64,000 bases of DNA from Nitrososphaerales archaeon (GCA_965197925.1 CBDAOC010000020.1:832001-896000), one strand, 5' to 3'; counted from the first letter of the stretch, positions 11,606-23,952 are shown. The notes: a model not told the origin generated them from the sequence alone. Program-made: numbers and translations.

Positions 11606-11779
11606 CTAATAAGAGATTTCCGAGCTTGGTCTTAGACCTCTCTTCCAACTCTCCTTTCCACATTTTGTACACTTGTAGAGTCGCTTTCGCTTGTAAGTAG
11701 CCATTTCCGGCATAAAAACGACCTCATGTTTTGTCTTGGTCATACAACTGTCGCAGAAGCGCAATTCTTCATCTGACAT
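11606..11779 (-). CDS. 57-aa basic zinc-ribbon protein (absent from ORF track)
   Basis: My translation MSDEELRFCDSCMTKTKHEVVFMPEMATYKRKRLYKCTKCGKESWKRGLRPSSEISY; two CxxC; fills the gap between co-directional genes. Confidence 0.7.
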   Translation of the reverse strand: MSDEELRFCDSCMTKTKHEVVFMPEMATYKRKRLYKCTKCGKESWKRGLRPSSEISY

Positions 11780-11811
11780 GATAGTATCAAAGACAAACCT
11801 CTACAAAATCA

Positions 11812-12675
11812 TTACTGTAATTGGCCAAGCCTTGGTCGTAGCCTAAAAGCTGCAATCATGGTGGTAAAAATCGCTGCAACAACAAGTAACACAACGGAGA
11901 ATTCTGGTATTACTTGCGTGCCTATTATTTCTATACTAGTGGTTTTTCTTTGTACAACTATTTCCAAAGTCCTTTCATCAGGTGTTGAAGATGTCTCATC
12001 ATAGAATCCTTCCTCTCCATCAACCAATACTACGAAATGATCGTCATTTCCGTTGGCCCTTGAATCAATTAAGTTCCTGTCCAATGAAATCTCCAACTTA
12101 CCAATAATTTCTACATCTTCCAAATTAATTATTAGGCTGTTGAAATCCGGATCTATTTCCATGCTCTTTATAATTCCACTCTGCAGTGAAACCATCCTCA
12201 CACCCGAGTCAGGTTCATTGAAGTCTATCTTTATTGTGTTAGATTCAGGCATCTCCTCCCTCTTGACTTCCTCTGATTCTACCATTATTTCTCCACGCAT
12301 GATCTTTGTAACCTGATCGAAGTACTTGTAACTACCCTCATATAGTCCTGAATGTATAAAGGTGAATTCATAGGTATCACCATTTTCCAACAATAATGAT
12401 TTTAACGGAGCAGTTATCTCTCCAGGTGAACCACTAGTTACTGTATGTCTTTCATCATCAGCGTTGGTCCAAACAACAGTGGTGCCTACCTTCAGAGTGA
12501 GAATCTTTGGTAGAAACCCTTCATCTGTTATCTTTACATTGCATATTTCCGAATCGCATATTTCTCTTGTGATTTTTTGGGCTTCAACTAACGTTGGGAT
12601 ATAATAAGTAGTTATTATCATAGACGTGAATATTGCAATAAGTGCTAGTCGCATGAAATTGTTGCTCATATTCAC
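11812..12675 (-). CDS. Cupredoxin-like protein with PEF(G)-CTERM-type sorting signal
   Basis: WTNADDERHTVTSG; Cys/His ligands absent (YKYFDQVTKIM); C-terminal IIGTQVIPEF + TM helix + basic tail. Confidence 0.8.
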   Translation of the reverse strand: MNMSNNFMRLALIAIFTSMIITTYYIPTLVEAQKITREICDSEICNVKITDEGFLPKILTLKVGTTVVWTNADDERHTVTSGSPGEITAPLKSLLLENGDTYEFTFIHSGLYEGSYKYFDQVTKIMRGEIMVESEEVKREEMPESNTIKIDFNEPDSGVRMVSLQSGIIKSMEIDPDFNSLIINLEDVEIIGKLEISLDRNLIDSRANGNDDHFVVLVDGEEGFYDETSSTPDERTLEIVVQRKTTSIEIIGTQVIPEFSVVLLVVAAIFTTMIAAFRLRPRLGQLQ

Positions 12676-12863
12676 TACATAAATGTAATCTTTCCCATAA
12701 TTTCATCCTAATTGTACTAGGGATCAAACAATGGGTCCAATTGATCAATTTCATCTAATCAAGTATGTCACACATAAAGCGACCGAGAGCTCCTTACCAA
12801 TACTCTCACTATTGAAAAACGTCACTTAGCTTTAAAACTGGCTTTGGAATATATTCTATTGAC

Positions 12864-13079
12864 ATGTCTCAATTGGAGGAATACAAGTGTAATAGACAAT
12901 TAAGGATACTTGCCATTACACGATGGACGATGGATAATGATATATCAAATTTCATGGTGATCGCAGATGAGGCTCAGAGAAAATTTAAAATCTCCAGATC
13001 AACTGCAAATTCATATGCTATTGAAGTGATTAAACTATTAGATAAATTGAGGATTAAAGATTTCTACTGTAGTATATGA
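12864..13079 (+). CDS. Small HTH-like protein, paralog of 42295-42510
   Basis: 47/71 identical residues to the 42295 ORF by my count; KFKISRSTANSY recognition-helix-like segment. Confidence 0.75.
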   Translation: MSQLEEYKCNRQLRILAITRWTMDNDISNFMVIADEAQRKFKISRSTANSYAIEVIKLLDKLRIKDFYCSI

Positions 13080-13255
13080 AATTTCAAGAAATTAGTTCAC
13101 TAGATTATACACAATAAACTTTGAAGACCCATTTATACTGATACAATCCAAATGATTATTATTTTATTATGAGATGTAAACTATAGCTAACTTTCAAGCG
13201 TTTAGTATAAAACTGTAAAGGTTTTTAATAAGTTGCTTTAAGGCTATAATATAAA

Positions 13256-13432
13256 ATGATAAAGAACTGCGCAAGACATGATAAGCCTATTCCAATGTTT
13301 CCAGCTATGATAGACTTTCATACGCACAAAATACAGATAGGTCACTATTGTATCTATTGTCATAACTTCGTTCCGGAGAATACGCCGGAGATTGAGATTT
13401 TTAAAAGGATGCTTGCAGAATTGAAACTATAA
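13256..13432 (+). CDS. 58-aa putative metal-binding protein (absent from ORF track)
   Basis: My translation MIKNCARHDKPIPMFPAMIDFHTHKIQIGHYCIYCHNFVPENTPEIEIFKRMLAELKL; CxxH and CxxC; TATA-like TTTTAATA ~26 bp upstream. Confidence 0.55.
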   Translation: MIKNCARHDKPIPMFPAMIDFHTHKIQIGHYCIYCHNFVPENTPEIEIFKRMLAELKL

Positions 13433-13526
13433 TCTTAATTAGAAAAGCAATTGATAAATCAAGTTCGTATATGTTGTATCTTACATTATTGAACAAAAAA
13501 CTTAAAGGTTTAAATCGGCACTAATC

Positions 13527-14024
13527 ATGCCAAGCTTGGTGAATACAGCCTACCTCATTGCTACTTTGTTGGTAGCACTATCATTGGTAATATTTCCCTT
13601 TGTTATTCATTTTGGTGATAGAATAATGGTAGTTACTTCTGACAGCATGCTTCCTACATTGAAACCAAATGATATGATTGCTGTGAAGCCCAGCAGCATA
13701 GAGGAGATTAAGGTGGGTGATATGGTCGCCTTTAATGCTCATTTTGGCGACATTGACGTGATAGCACACAGGGTAGTTGAAATAATTGATGAACATGGAG
13801 AGGTAGGACTGAAAACAAAGGGAGATAATATTGACTCAGTTGATCAGTGGATTGTTCGTGACCAGGATCTTATTGGTAGAATAGTGAGTGTTACACCAAA
13901 CATAGGGATTCTTCTGGTCGATCCTGTCAGATACTCGATTATTGCCTTTGTAGTGATACTTTCACTCTCCTTACTTTGGGAGCTTTCATCTAAGCACAAA
14001 GTCCCCGAGAAGAGGAAAAGTTGA
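13527..14024 (+). CDS. Signal peptidase I (S26, Sec11/SipW type)
   Basis: SDSMLPTL catalytic Ser, IAHRV, KTKGDN, flanking TM helices. Confidence 0.9.
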   Translation: MPSLVNTAYLIATLLVALSLVIFPFVIHFGDRIMVVTSDSMLPTLKPNDMIAVKPSSIEEIKVGDMVAFNAHFGDIDVIAHRVVEIIDEHGEVGLKTKGDNIDSVDQWIVRDQDLIGRIVSVTPNIGILLVDPVRYSIIAFVVILSLSLLWELSSKHKVPEKRKS

Positions 14025-14580
14025 TATCCCTGATACAAAACTTGGCTATTTAGAAATCTTGCACGTATCCACTGTAAACCTCATATGCTAAAGTTGTTAC
14101 ATTTGCTATAAACCCCAACCGTGAGACTTTATTTGAGATTCTCGTGGGTGAAAATTCTTCTCCTTGACTCCCTATGGGCATTAATGCCAGGTACATAGAG
14201 ATGGCCAAAAAAGGTCGTTAAAACCAATCCTGAAGTGGTGATGAGGCCGCTGACAAAACCCGTAATAGAATAGCTCATCATAACAACTACTTTCCTTATT
14301 TGTCTTTTAATATTGTGTCGAATAATAAACCTGAAGATACTGATAGTATGACAGAATGAGATTTTGACCAATTACTATCATTGAGATTTATGCCTAATAA
14401 GAACTGGAAGGAGTGAGGAGAAGCATTGGTAAGGGGAGAGATACTTTATATGGATTTCACAGATTCCCGATCTGACGAATTGGCAAGAAAGGTAATGTGA
14501 ATCTTAAACCAAGTCAGACCAAGTGAAATAATATAGTCAACACTCACAGTAATTAAAATAAAAAAAGTAGTTATTGTTTC

Positions 14581-17500
14581 TTACGAGAGGGCAGCACTAC
14601 ACGTTGCTGTACCGTCTGTAGTAGTACCATTACTATCTAAGATAGAGAGCACTTGACCATTGAGCAAGACGAAATCGGTAGATCCCACTGATGCGTCAAT
14701 CGTAGTGTCTACATCGTACCTCCAGTTGATGTTGTAACAAACTGTGAAAGCAATCCTCCCAGACTATCATATCTCTTCCAGTCCATACTGCTGTATGATC
14801 ATCTCTAGCTAATGGGGCATCTGTCATAGGAGGAGTCCATGTATCTGTGACTGGGTCATATCGACCTCCAGTATCAGTTCTACCTGAATCAGCGAATCCT
14901 CCCCACACAACCATCTCTGTTCCTGTCCATACAGATGTGTGGTCAGTTCTAGCCAATGGCCCTTCTGTGGTACTAGTTGTAGTCCATGTATCTGTTGACG
15001 GATCGTATCTAGCTCCAGTATTGGTCAAGCCTCCACCACCTATGGTTATATCCCCTCCCCACACAACCATCTCTGTTCCTGTCCATACGGCGGTGTGGTC
15101 AAATCTTGCTGTTGGTGCTCCTGTTGTACTAATCGAAGTCCATGTGTCATTAGATGGGTTGTATATACCACCAGTATCTGTTAAGGGAGTGCCATCATTA
15201 CCACCCCAAATAATCATCTCTGTTCCTGTCCATACGGCAGTGTGGCCCTGTCTAGCTGTTGGTGCTCCTGTCATATTGGTAGAAGTCCATGTGTCAGTGA
15301 TGGGATCATATCTAGCTCCTGTATCAGCAAGACCGCCTGGACCCCCCGCTGTATCTCCTCCCCAAATAATCATCTCTGTATCAGTCCATATCGCGGTGTG
15401 GAAGTTCCTGCCGGTTGGTGCGCCTGTAGTATTTACTGTAGTCCAAGTATCTGCAACTAGATCATAGATACCGCCTGTGTCCCGGTAATTACCTCCCCAG
15501 ACAATCATCTCGCTATCAGCCCATACAGATGTATGGAACTGTCTAACTGATGGTGCACCTGCTGTAGGGGTTGCATTCCATGTATCTGTTGATGGATCAT
15601 ATTCAGCTCCAGTCCTGAAGAAGGTACCATTACTGAATCCTCCCCATATGATCATCTCCGTGCCCGTCCATACTGCTGTATGTTCGGCTCTAGCTGAAGG
15701 TGTACCTACCGTGCTAGTAGGCGAAAATTCACCTGGAAAAACCGTAATATCTAGTGGCAATGTTGCTATCATCCATAGTATCATTTGCCTTGAAGGTGAA
15801 ACTGTCAGTACCATTGAAGCTTGTATCTGGCGTGTAGGTAATTTCAGCTGCTGTTGCGTTGATGGGGGTTATTGAGCTTAGTGTAGCATTCAATGGGTTA
15901 TCCACTATGGAGAATGTTAATGCATCTCCATCTGCATCTGAACCAGTTAAGGTAATGGCAATAGAAGCATTCACACCTGTTGAAACACTTTGGTTATCGG
16001 CTACTGGAGAATTGTTGATTGAGAACTCACTCATATCTCGATATAGAACTTGTCCTGCAGTGTTGAAAATAGCAGAATTGTACTGGTCACTAACTTCCTG
16101 GTCAGTTAATGTTCTATTCCATATGCGAACCTCGTCTATACTGCCGTTGAAGAACATACTTTCACCAGCAGAATTAGCTGCTATCCTTACTGGTCGTGAA
16201 CTACCATCATCAGGAATTGCCGACGTAGATAATGTTTCCACTACAGATCCATCAACGTATAGCTTGAGGGTTGATAGATCATAAGTAACAACTGCGTAAT
16301 GTGCGTTACCATCATTGTAAGATTCTGGGGAGAAAACGAAGTAATTTGTACCGTTTGAGGACTCAAAGCCTGCTGCAATACGCTCTAACCAATTCAAATA
16401 CATTCCAAAGTTCATGTTGTTACCAGCTCCTTCTCCTCCAAAGCCACCCTTGTTTAGAATCATGGCACTTGAAGTAAAGTCATTAGAAGTCCTGAACCAA
16501 GATGCAAAGCTGAATTCTTGAAGACGTAGGTCCGGTCTGTCCGGCTCATCAAGGTAGTTAGTACAGTTGGCTAAGAAGGATGGTTCAAAATCATTCAAAA
16601 CTGTAACTTCGAGTGTCTGCAGGGCTTGGATCTGTACCATCATGGACTAAAAGTTGGAATGTTAATAATGATACTCCGCCATTCGATTGGGCTGTGAAAG
16701 TAGGATTGGCGGAACCGGGGCCTGTTAATGTTACATTTTGACCTCCAACCTGTGTCCAAGCATATGATAAAGTACTATCTGGATCTGAGCTAAACGTACC
16801 ATCTAAAGTAACTATTTCTCCAGGTTGTGTTGTCTGGTCAATCCCAGCATCAGCGATAGGAGGAATATTGGTAGTGAATGTCATTCTCGTTGGGAGTATC
16901 AGTGCCCCACCAAACTTGGCACGCTTTGTATAATAAACCTCTACCGTTTCAGGATGATCATCAAGATTCAAGTCCAACCATACTATATGTGAATAACCTG
17001 TGAATGATTCTATTGCCATGTCCGCGAAATAGCTCCTCCCTGATGAATTGGTTATCCTTATATCATTTGCATTCAACCTTGTCCCATTGTTAGCGAGCTT
17101 TACAAAGTATATCTCTCCATTTCCAGGTCTATTGTCAGTCCATGTTACAGCTATCTCTCCCGACGCTTGTATTTTCATAGCAGGGTCGCTGCTCATGGCA
17201 CTGTTATCGGTTATCCTAGTGTCCGTGATCAAAGTGTTACCACTATTGTCTAGTTTCTTGTAGTATATCTCTGGATTACCATCTCTTTCGTCACTCCAAA
17301 CAATGTGCACATTTTGCGAAGTATCCACTCCTACATCGGGTCTATTACTAGTACCAGATGCATTAGTCACTCTTATATCATCAATCAATGTGTTGCCGAT
17401 ATCATCAAGCTTCTTATAGAATATCTCAAAGTCGCCGTCTCTAGTCTCTTGCCACACAACATGTAAGTTGCCAGAAGCGTCTACAGCAAAGCTTGGATTA

Positions 17501-19487
17501 ACGCTTGCATTGGTAGCGCCAGTCAAATTTTTGAGAACTGTTAGAGGGGTACCATTAGATTCATGCTTTACGTGGTAAAGATTCCTAAAGCCATCTATTG
17601 TGTCCTGCCGTCTCTAGTCAATTTTTGTATTGCAAAAATCTTGCCACACAACATGTAAGTTGCCAGAAGCGTCTACAGCAAAGCTTGGATTAACGCTTGC
17701 ATTGGTAGCGCCAGTCAAATTTTTGAGAACTGTTAGAGGGGTACCATTAGATTCATGCTTTACGTGGTAAAGATTCCTAAAGCCATCTATTGTGTCCTGC
17801 CATATCATATGTACATCATCATTAGAAGAGTCCAAACCAATTTTTGTATTTAGAGAGTAGCCATTGTTGACGGTAAGTCTACGTTGTGCAAAAATGGTAT
17901 TCCCTTCACTATCAAGCGTGGTAAGATACATCTCCATATTGCCCGCCCGGTTGTCCTGCCATCCCAATTGGATATTATTATCACTATCAATAGCTATCGA
18001 GGGACGTATGCTATATGCATCTGCATTGGTTAGCCTTTTATCGTAAATCAATTTGGTCCCATTGCTACCATCAATTTTCATATAGAACAACTCCGCGTTT
18101 TCAAAACGCTCATCGCCCCATACGACCTGAATATTACCTGAGGCATCTGTAGTCACTCCATTTGAAGGGGGATCTCCAAAAGGATGACCGTATGTCATTC
18201 TCAAGTCATCTATCAACACATTACCGCTGCTATCGAGCTTTGAGTAGAACAATTCGGGGCGCCTTGTCCTATCGTCCTGCCATATTATATACACGTCATT
18301 ATCCTGATCGGTTGCCAAGTAAGTTCTATCGCTTATCCTTTCACCTTAACTTATTCTGACGTCATCCAACAGCGTGTTGGCATTGTTGTCAAGTTTTTCA
18401 TAGTATATTTCTCGGTTTCCATCCCTTTCATCAACCCAAGAAATATGGATATTATCGTCTAAATCTATAGCCATATCAGGCCTAACACTTTCCTTTGGTT
18501 CATTCGTTAGTCTGATAAGATCGGGAAAACCATCATTGTCATAATCCATCAGAGGATTACCGTCGATATCAAGTTTTACAAGATAAATCTCGATGTTACC
18601 CAAAGTTGGCTCACCATTCATGAACGTTATCCAAACATTATCTGAGGAATCTACAACCAATGCGTTGCGTCCACTCAATTCAGTATTGTTGGTTAATCTA
18701 AAATCTGTTCCCAACTTAATTCCTGTAAGACCATCAAGCTTTGTGTAATACATCTCATAATTGTTGTTTCCGGTAAGCATACCGCCAACCCAAGAGTCCC
18801 TAGTATCCATATATGAAATGTGTACATCATCATTTGAATCGACGTCGAGATAGGGTCTCTGGCTCAAACCATCCGCATCTGTCACTCTTATATCATCCAG
18901 TATAGTGTTGCCGTTGTTGTCAAGTTTCTTATAATAAATCTCATGATTGGATGATACTCCTCCTATTGTACCTCCAGCATTTGGATCATCTCTGTCATCG
19001 TACCAAGTAACAAGAATGTTATCTTGACTATCTATAATCATGGAGGGTCTAACACTGCTCCCCTCTGCAAATGTCAATCTAGTATCATCTACTAACGTGT
19101 TCCCATCATTATCGAGCTTTTCATAATAAATCTCTGCGTTGGTGCCACCTTCCCGACGGTCCAGCCAAACAATATGAACATTATCCTGAGAGTCTATGGC
19201 AATATCAGGACGAGCGCTAAAACCATTAGCAGTTGTTATCCGTACTTCATCTACCAAAATTGTACCGGTTGTACCGTTCCATTTCAAGTAGTAAATTTCG
19301 TTGTTTCCAGATGCTGCAGTCCAATACACTGCATGTACATCACCAATTGAATCAATATCTAAACGGGGAAAGAAAGTACCGCCGGGATCACTTGCAAAAA
19401 TTGGTGTAATGGTGCCAAGCAGTAAAACTAGTACGCCAAAATTGCTAACATTGGAGCAGTATCAAGTCTCACAGAACGTATTTTCAC
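14581..19487 (-). pseudogene. Fragmented giant surface protein: beta-propeller repeats + PKD-like + LamG + Ig-like + Kelch propeller
   Basis: ORFs 18346-19329, 17614-18318, 16591-17526, 15729-16643, 14696-15814 are consecutive pieces; frameshift in signal peptide, in-frame TAA at 18346, internal duplication, further frameshifts; repeats HIVW.D.RDGN.EIYY and HTAVWTGTEMIIWGG. Confidence 0.85.
17447..17801. repeat. 163-bp direct duplication with a 29-bp patchwork linker
   Basis: 17447-17609 repeated at 17639-17801. Confidence 0.9.
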
Positions 19488-19852
19488 AATTATAGGCACA
19501 ATTTAAATAGGTATAAAGAATGCGGCGCCCATGTTATATACAAATAATATGGATTTTATGTTATATACAACTAATACATATCCCTCTTCATCAGACTAAA
19601 ATGATCCATCCTAAATTATGTATTAAATCTTAATTAATGACCATTAAATGGAACTAGAAAAACTGAACAAATGAAATAATAAATCTCTAGTTCAATATTT
19701 TATTGAATGGTAAAACATTTGCTTAGTAAAAATTTGGAAGGTCATATGCATCCTATTACCGGTAGTGGTTTGGACCAATTTCAGATCATGCCTTGGTAAC
19801 CTTCTTATCTTCAATGAACATGCTGCTTGTTCTCTTGGTTGACTATTACTTA

Positions 19853-20314
19853 TCATAAACATTTTCTCTGCTCCAGCAAAAGCGTAGTTTCTAAAAATGT
19901 GTATATTAATGTCTGACTCGAGACAGAAAATGTACCTGGCGTTGTTATCCCTGTTAGTTCTATTAGCTTAGCGTTAGTAACATCATAACCTGGTGGAAAT
20001 GTTATCTCGATGTTAGCCACACCTGCTGTAGTTCCAGGACTAAATGCAATAACGTAGTATGTTTTTGCTTTCACTATATTATTTGTTGGCATAGCTAAAA
20101 CATCAATTAATGGAGCTAAAGGTGGAGAAGGTACATCTGGTGCGTTAATGGGTTCTGTCTCGAAGGTATCAATTCCCCCATCCTCTGTACTTTGATTCTG
20201 TGCAAATATCTAGAATGGAATTATCATGGAAATTGCTAGTACCGATACGAGTCCTATTGTCAAATGCCTTCTGGTTATCTTTATGTTGATTTCTATATCG
20301 TTGTTGTTCGACAT
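19853..20314 (-). pseudogene. Truncated secreted protein
   Basis: ATG 20314, signal peptide LTIGLVSVLAISMIIPF then in-frame TAG, continuing into the 19853-20092 ORF (IEITFPPGYDVTNAKLIE). Confidence 0.6.
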
Positions 20315-21207
20315 TAAGTATTAGCGCACAATGTATCATTTATCCTTATACAAGTTAAATCCCTGAAAATGTATTGTTGGTATCATCAGAACGCAATAAT
20401 GTAACAAATATTTATTTTTGTAAGAAATTTTAATATCATTATTAAATCAAAGTGTACTTTCTACATAAGCAAGTTAATTGAACTGACTCTGTGTGTGGGC
20501 AATCACATAACGTCAACATCATGGACCGTTTTCTACTACATAACCCATACCTAATTTTTTATTAGATTTTCGTTGATTGGGATTATTCATAAGGTAAACC
20601 TCTTTTTAGTTTGTCCAATTCATAATCTAATCTTCTGTACAATTCTGGTTGCCCACCTATAAACAATCTTGCATTCTAGTTACCATCAATCAGTAACATA
20701 TTACACAATAAAACAGAAAACCTTTTTCCTTCTTGTGATTAAATAAATAAACATAAGCCAGATGTTCATGGCTAGATTTCAAATTATAAATGGGTTTTGT
20801 GTTTTACTTAATTACTAGTCTTGATCGTTTTGAGCTTAGCTGGAGAAGATCCAGTAGAGTTTATTCAGAAGAAAGCCCCAATACCCTCACAGTTTCTCAT
20901 TCAATAAACCTTAAGAAAATTAGTTCGGAGAAATAGAATTCAGTTAAGAACCTTTTTTGAGCTCGCCCTTTCTAGCATATCATTCCCCTATAGCAATCGG
21001 AGGAAGCCTTAGTACGATAATTCTTTCAGGTTACCTGAATTAGTTTTCTGGGTCTGCTTACTGCCTCCGATAGCCCCCTAGAAGATACTTTTTTCTTGCC
21101 AGACATTCCCATCAGGCATCAAGTTCTGGTAAGGCAACACTATCCTTTTTCATCTTTGAATTTTATTAGTTATAAGTGACGTTCTTGTTCATATACAAGA
21201 TATAGTA

Positions 21208-22833
21208 ATGAGGTATTTGTCTAAAGGCATATTTCTGGTAATTATTGTTGCAATTATCGGAGGACTAGTATCCTCTTCCGCTAGCGAGGAACAAGAGCCA
21301 TCCGATTCCAACGTGAAAAAGATTACAATTGGTTCGAAGGAGTTTACAGAACAATTGATACTTGGCAACATGATGAAGGTTTTGTTGGAAGATAATGGAT
21401 TCAAGGTAGATGACCGAATAGGACTCAGTGGAACAATGATAAATCATCGAGCTCTAATAAATGATGAGATAGATGTCTACATGGAGTATACCGGCACTGC
21501 TTACATTGTAATATTGGAAAAGAAAGAGGTTGTTCATGACCCCCAAGAAGTGTACGAGATTGTAAAGAAAGAATATAAAGAAAAATGGAATCTTGTTTGG
21601 CTTGATAGAGCCAGATTCGACAACACAAATGCTTTATTGATGAAAAAAGAAAGGGCTGTGGAGCTTGGTATCAAGACAATAAGCGATTTGGCAAGCATTG
21701 TCAAAACCGATCCAAACCAACTTTCTTTTGCTACAAACGCAGAATTTTTTTCACGACCTGATGGACTTCGTGAAATGGAGAAGCACTACAACTTCAGATT
21801 TCCCGATAATAACATAAAGAAGATGGGCATAGGCATCACTTACTTGGCCCTTAATGAAGATAGTGTGGATGTTGCCTTGGGCTTCTCAACTGATGGAAAT
21901 ATAAGGAAATTTGATCTTATGATTTTGGAGGACGACAAAAAGTTCTTTCCTATCTATAATCCTGCACCTGTGATAAGAAGTGAGGTAATTGAAATGTATC
22001 CTACGGTAGAGAACATACTCAACCAGATAGGACCACGCCTCACCACAACGGAGATGATTGAGATGAACTATGGAGTAGATATAGATGGTGAGAATCCGGA
22101 AAGAGTGGCAAGACAGTGGTTAGAAGATGAAGGTCTTCTAGGAGTCAGTGGATTACATCAACAACCTAAATCGAGATCAGCTATAGAATCCCCATCTTCT
22201 TTTGTCTTGTCTTTTCAAGATCAGGCAAGATTGCTCGCCGTAAAGATTGTTGAGCATATCAAAGTGAGCTTCATCTCGGTTGGTATTGCAGTAGGCACTG
22301 GCTTAGGTTTGGGCATTGCAATAACCCTTTTTAGAAATAAAGCATTTTCAAATGGGGTAATAAACATAGCAATTATTATCGTTACGATTCCCTCTGTTGC
22401 AATGTTTGGCTTCATGGTACCAATCTTTGGCATAGGGATAACTCCATCTATAATTGCGCTTGTACTTTATGCACAGCTTCCGATCTTGAGAAACACCTAC
22501 ACCGGGCTTACCACAATCAGGTCTGAGATTCTTGACGCTGCGGAGGGAATTGGTCTTAGCAAACTTGAAATGCTCTTTAAGATTCGATTCCCCATAGCCT
22601 TTCCAGTAATTATGGCAGGTATTAGAACCTCGATAGTGTTTACAATAGGTCTTGCTACAATAGCTGCGTTGATAGGGGCGGGGGGGTTAGGAGATCTGAT
22701 ATTTCAAGGCATTCAACAAAGTAATACTCAGTTGATTCTGGTAGGCACAATACCAGTTGCTCTGCTTGCGGTGTTTACTGACATCGGATTGAAAAAAGTT
22801 GAAGACAGGTTAACCCCGAGGGGGATGATTTGA
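21208..22833 (+). CDS. Glycine betaine/choline-type ABC transporter, fused substrate-binding protein + permease
   Basis: ITIGSKEFTEQLILG, DVYMEYTGT, STDG, LEDDKKFFPIYNPAP followed by permease TIPSVAMF..LPILRNTYTG..IGAGGLGDLI. Confidence 0.9.
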   Translation: MRYLSKGIFLVIIVAIIGGLVSSSASEEQEPSDSNVKKITIGSKEFTEQLILGNMMKVLLEDNGFKVDDRIGLSGTMINHRALINDEIDVYMEYTGTAYIVILEKKEVVHDPQEVYEIVKKEYKEKWNLVWLDRARFDNTNALLMKKERAVELGIKTISDLASIVKTDPNQLSFATNAEFFSRPDGLREMEKHYNFRFPDNNIKKMGIGITYLALNEDSVDVALGFSTDGNIRKFDLMILEDDKKFFPIYNPAPVIRSEVIEMYPTVENILNQIGPRLTTTEMIEMNYGVDIDGENPERVARQWLEDEGLLGVSGLHQQPKSRSAIESPSSFVLSFQDQARLLAVKIVEHIKVSFISVGIAVGTGLGLGIAITLFRNKAFSNGVINIAIIIVTIPSVAMFGFMVPIFGIGITPSIIALVLYAQLPILRNTYTGLTTIRSEILDAAEGIGLSKLEMLFKIRFPIAFPVIMAGIRTSIVFTIGLATIAALIGAGGLGDLIFQGIQQSNTQLILVGTIPVALLAVFTDIGLKKVEDRLTPRGMI

Positions 22834-23939
22834 GCGATAAAACATCATTCACTGAACCATCGTCAATATCAACAACAAAAAGAACGAGAAACCCAGATAT
22901 CTCGATTGAGTTTAATAATGTAACGAAGATCTATAGAGTTCAGCAGCGAAACAGGCAACAGGAAAAAGTAATCAAAGCAGTTGATGAGGTGTCATTCCAA
23001 CTCGAGCGTGGAAAGACGCTTGTGCTTGTAGGAACCTCAGGCTGTGGAAAGAGTACTGTTCTCAAGATGATTAACAGGTTGGTGGAATGTACCAATGGCA
23101 AAATACTAGTAGAGGGGGGAGACGTGACAGAACAAGATCCGGTAAAACTAAGGCGAAGAATGGGATACGTAATACAAGAAGTTGGACTCTTTCCTCATCT
23201 TACTGTTGAACAAAATCTCGCAATCCTTCCAAAACTTGAGAGGTGGGATAAATCAAAGATTCAAAAAAGAGTGAGTGAACTACTCAGAAAAGTAAAACTA
23301 GATCCAGAGACCTTTGCTCCGCGTTATCCAAGGGAACTCTCAGGTGGTCAGGCCCAAAGGGTGGGTATCGCAAGAGCACTTGTGCTGGATCCTAGTATTT
23401 TGCTCATGGATGAGCCTTTTGGAGCGTTGGACCCAATAATAAGGGCTGAGTTGCAGGAAGAATTTTCATCCATCCTGCAAAGAGAATCTGAAAAGAGTAA
23501 GACTATTGTCTTTGTTACACACGACCTTAATGAGGCTCTCAAGATAGGCAATCTCGTAGCTGTAATGAGTGAGGGTAAGATAGTCCAGCTCGATTCTCCT
23601 CAAAATCTTCTCAAGCACCAGGCAAACACTTTTGTCAGTAATTTCATTGGTTCTGACAAGGCAATAAAACTTCTCAGCATCTCGACAGTAAAAATGATTC
23701 TTGACGCAACTAAACAAAGAGAAAATATTCTATCTGAGAACCAAACAGGCAAACAGGAAAACGAAAAGTTGGATATGGACATCACTGTAACAGAGGATAC
23801 AAATGGTTTACTCGCACTTGAAACTATGCTTCAGAACAGACGTACGTTTCTACCGGTAAGAAGAAATTCAAGCGATGCCTTCGATGTAATTAGTGGTATT
23901 TTAACTTTCGACCTTATTATGGAATACATGGATAATTGA
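22830..23939 (+). CDS. Osmoprotectant ABC transporter ATPase (OpuCA/ProV-like)
   Basis: GTSGCGKS, LSGGQ, LLMDEPFGALD, FVTHD. Confidence 0.92.
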   Translation: MSDKTSFTEPSSISTTKRTRNPDISIEFNNVTKIYRVQQRNRQQEKVIKAVDEVSFQLERGKTLVLVGTSGCGKSTVLKMINRLVECTNGKILVEGGDVTEQDPVKLRRRMGYVIQEVGLFPHLTVEQNLAILPKLERWDKSKIQKRVSELLRKVKLDPETFAPRYPRELSGGQAQRVGIARALVLDPSILLMDEPFGALDPIIRAELQEEFSSILQRESEKSKTIVFVTHDLNEALKIGNLVAVMSEGKIVQLDSPQNLLKHQANTFVSNFIGSDKAIKLLSISTVKMILDATKQRENILSENQTGKQENEKLDMDITVTEDTNGLLALETMLQNRRTFLPVRRNSSDAFDVISGILTFDLIMEYMDN

Positions 23940-23952
23940 AAGGAGATTTTCG

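Noticed and set aside
14847..16284. Plus-strand ORFs over the Kelch/LamG region
   Set aside because: Antisense shadows of repetitive minus-strand coding sequence.
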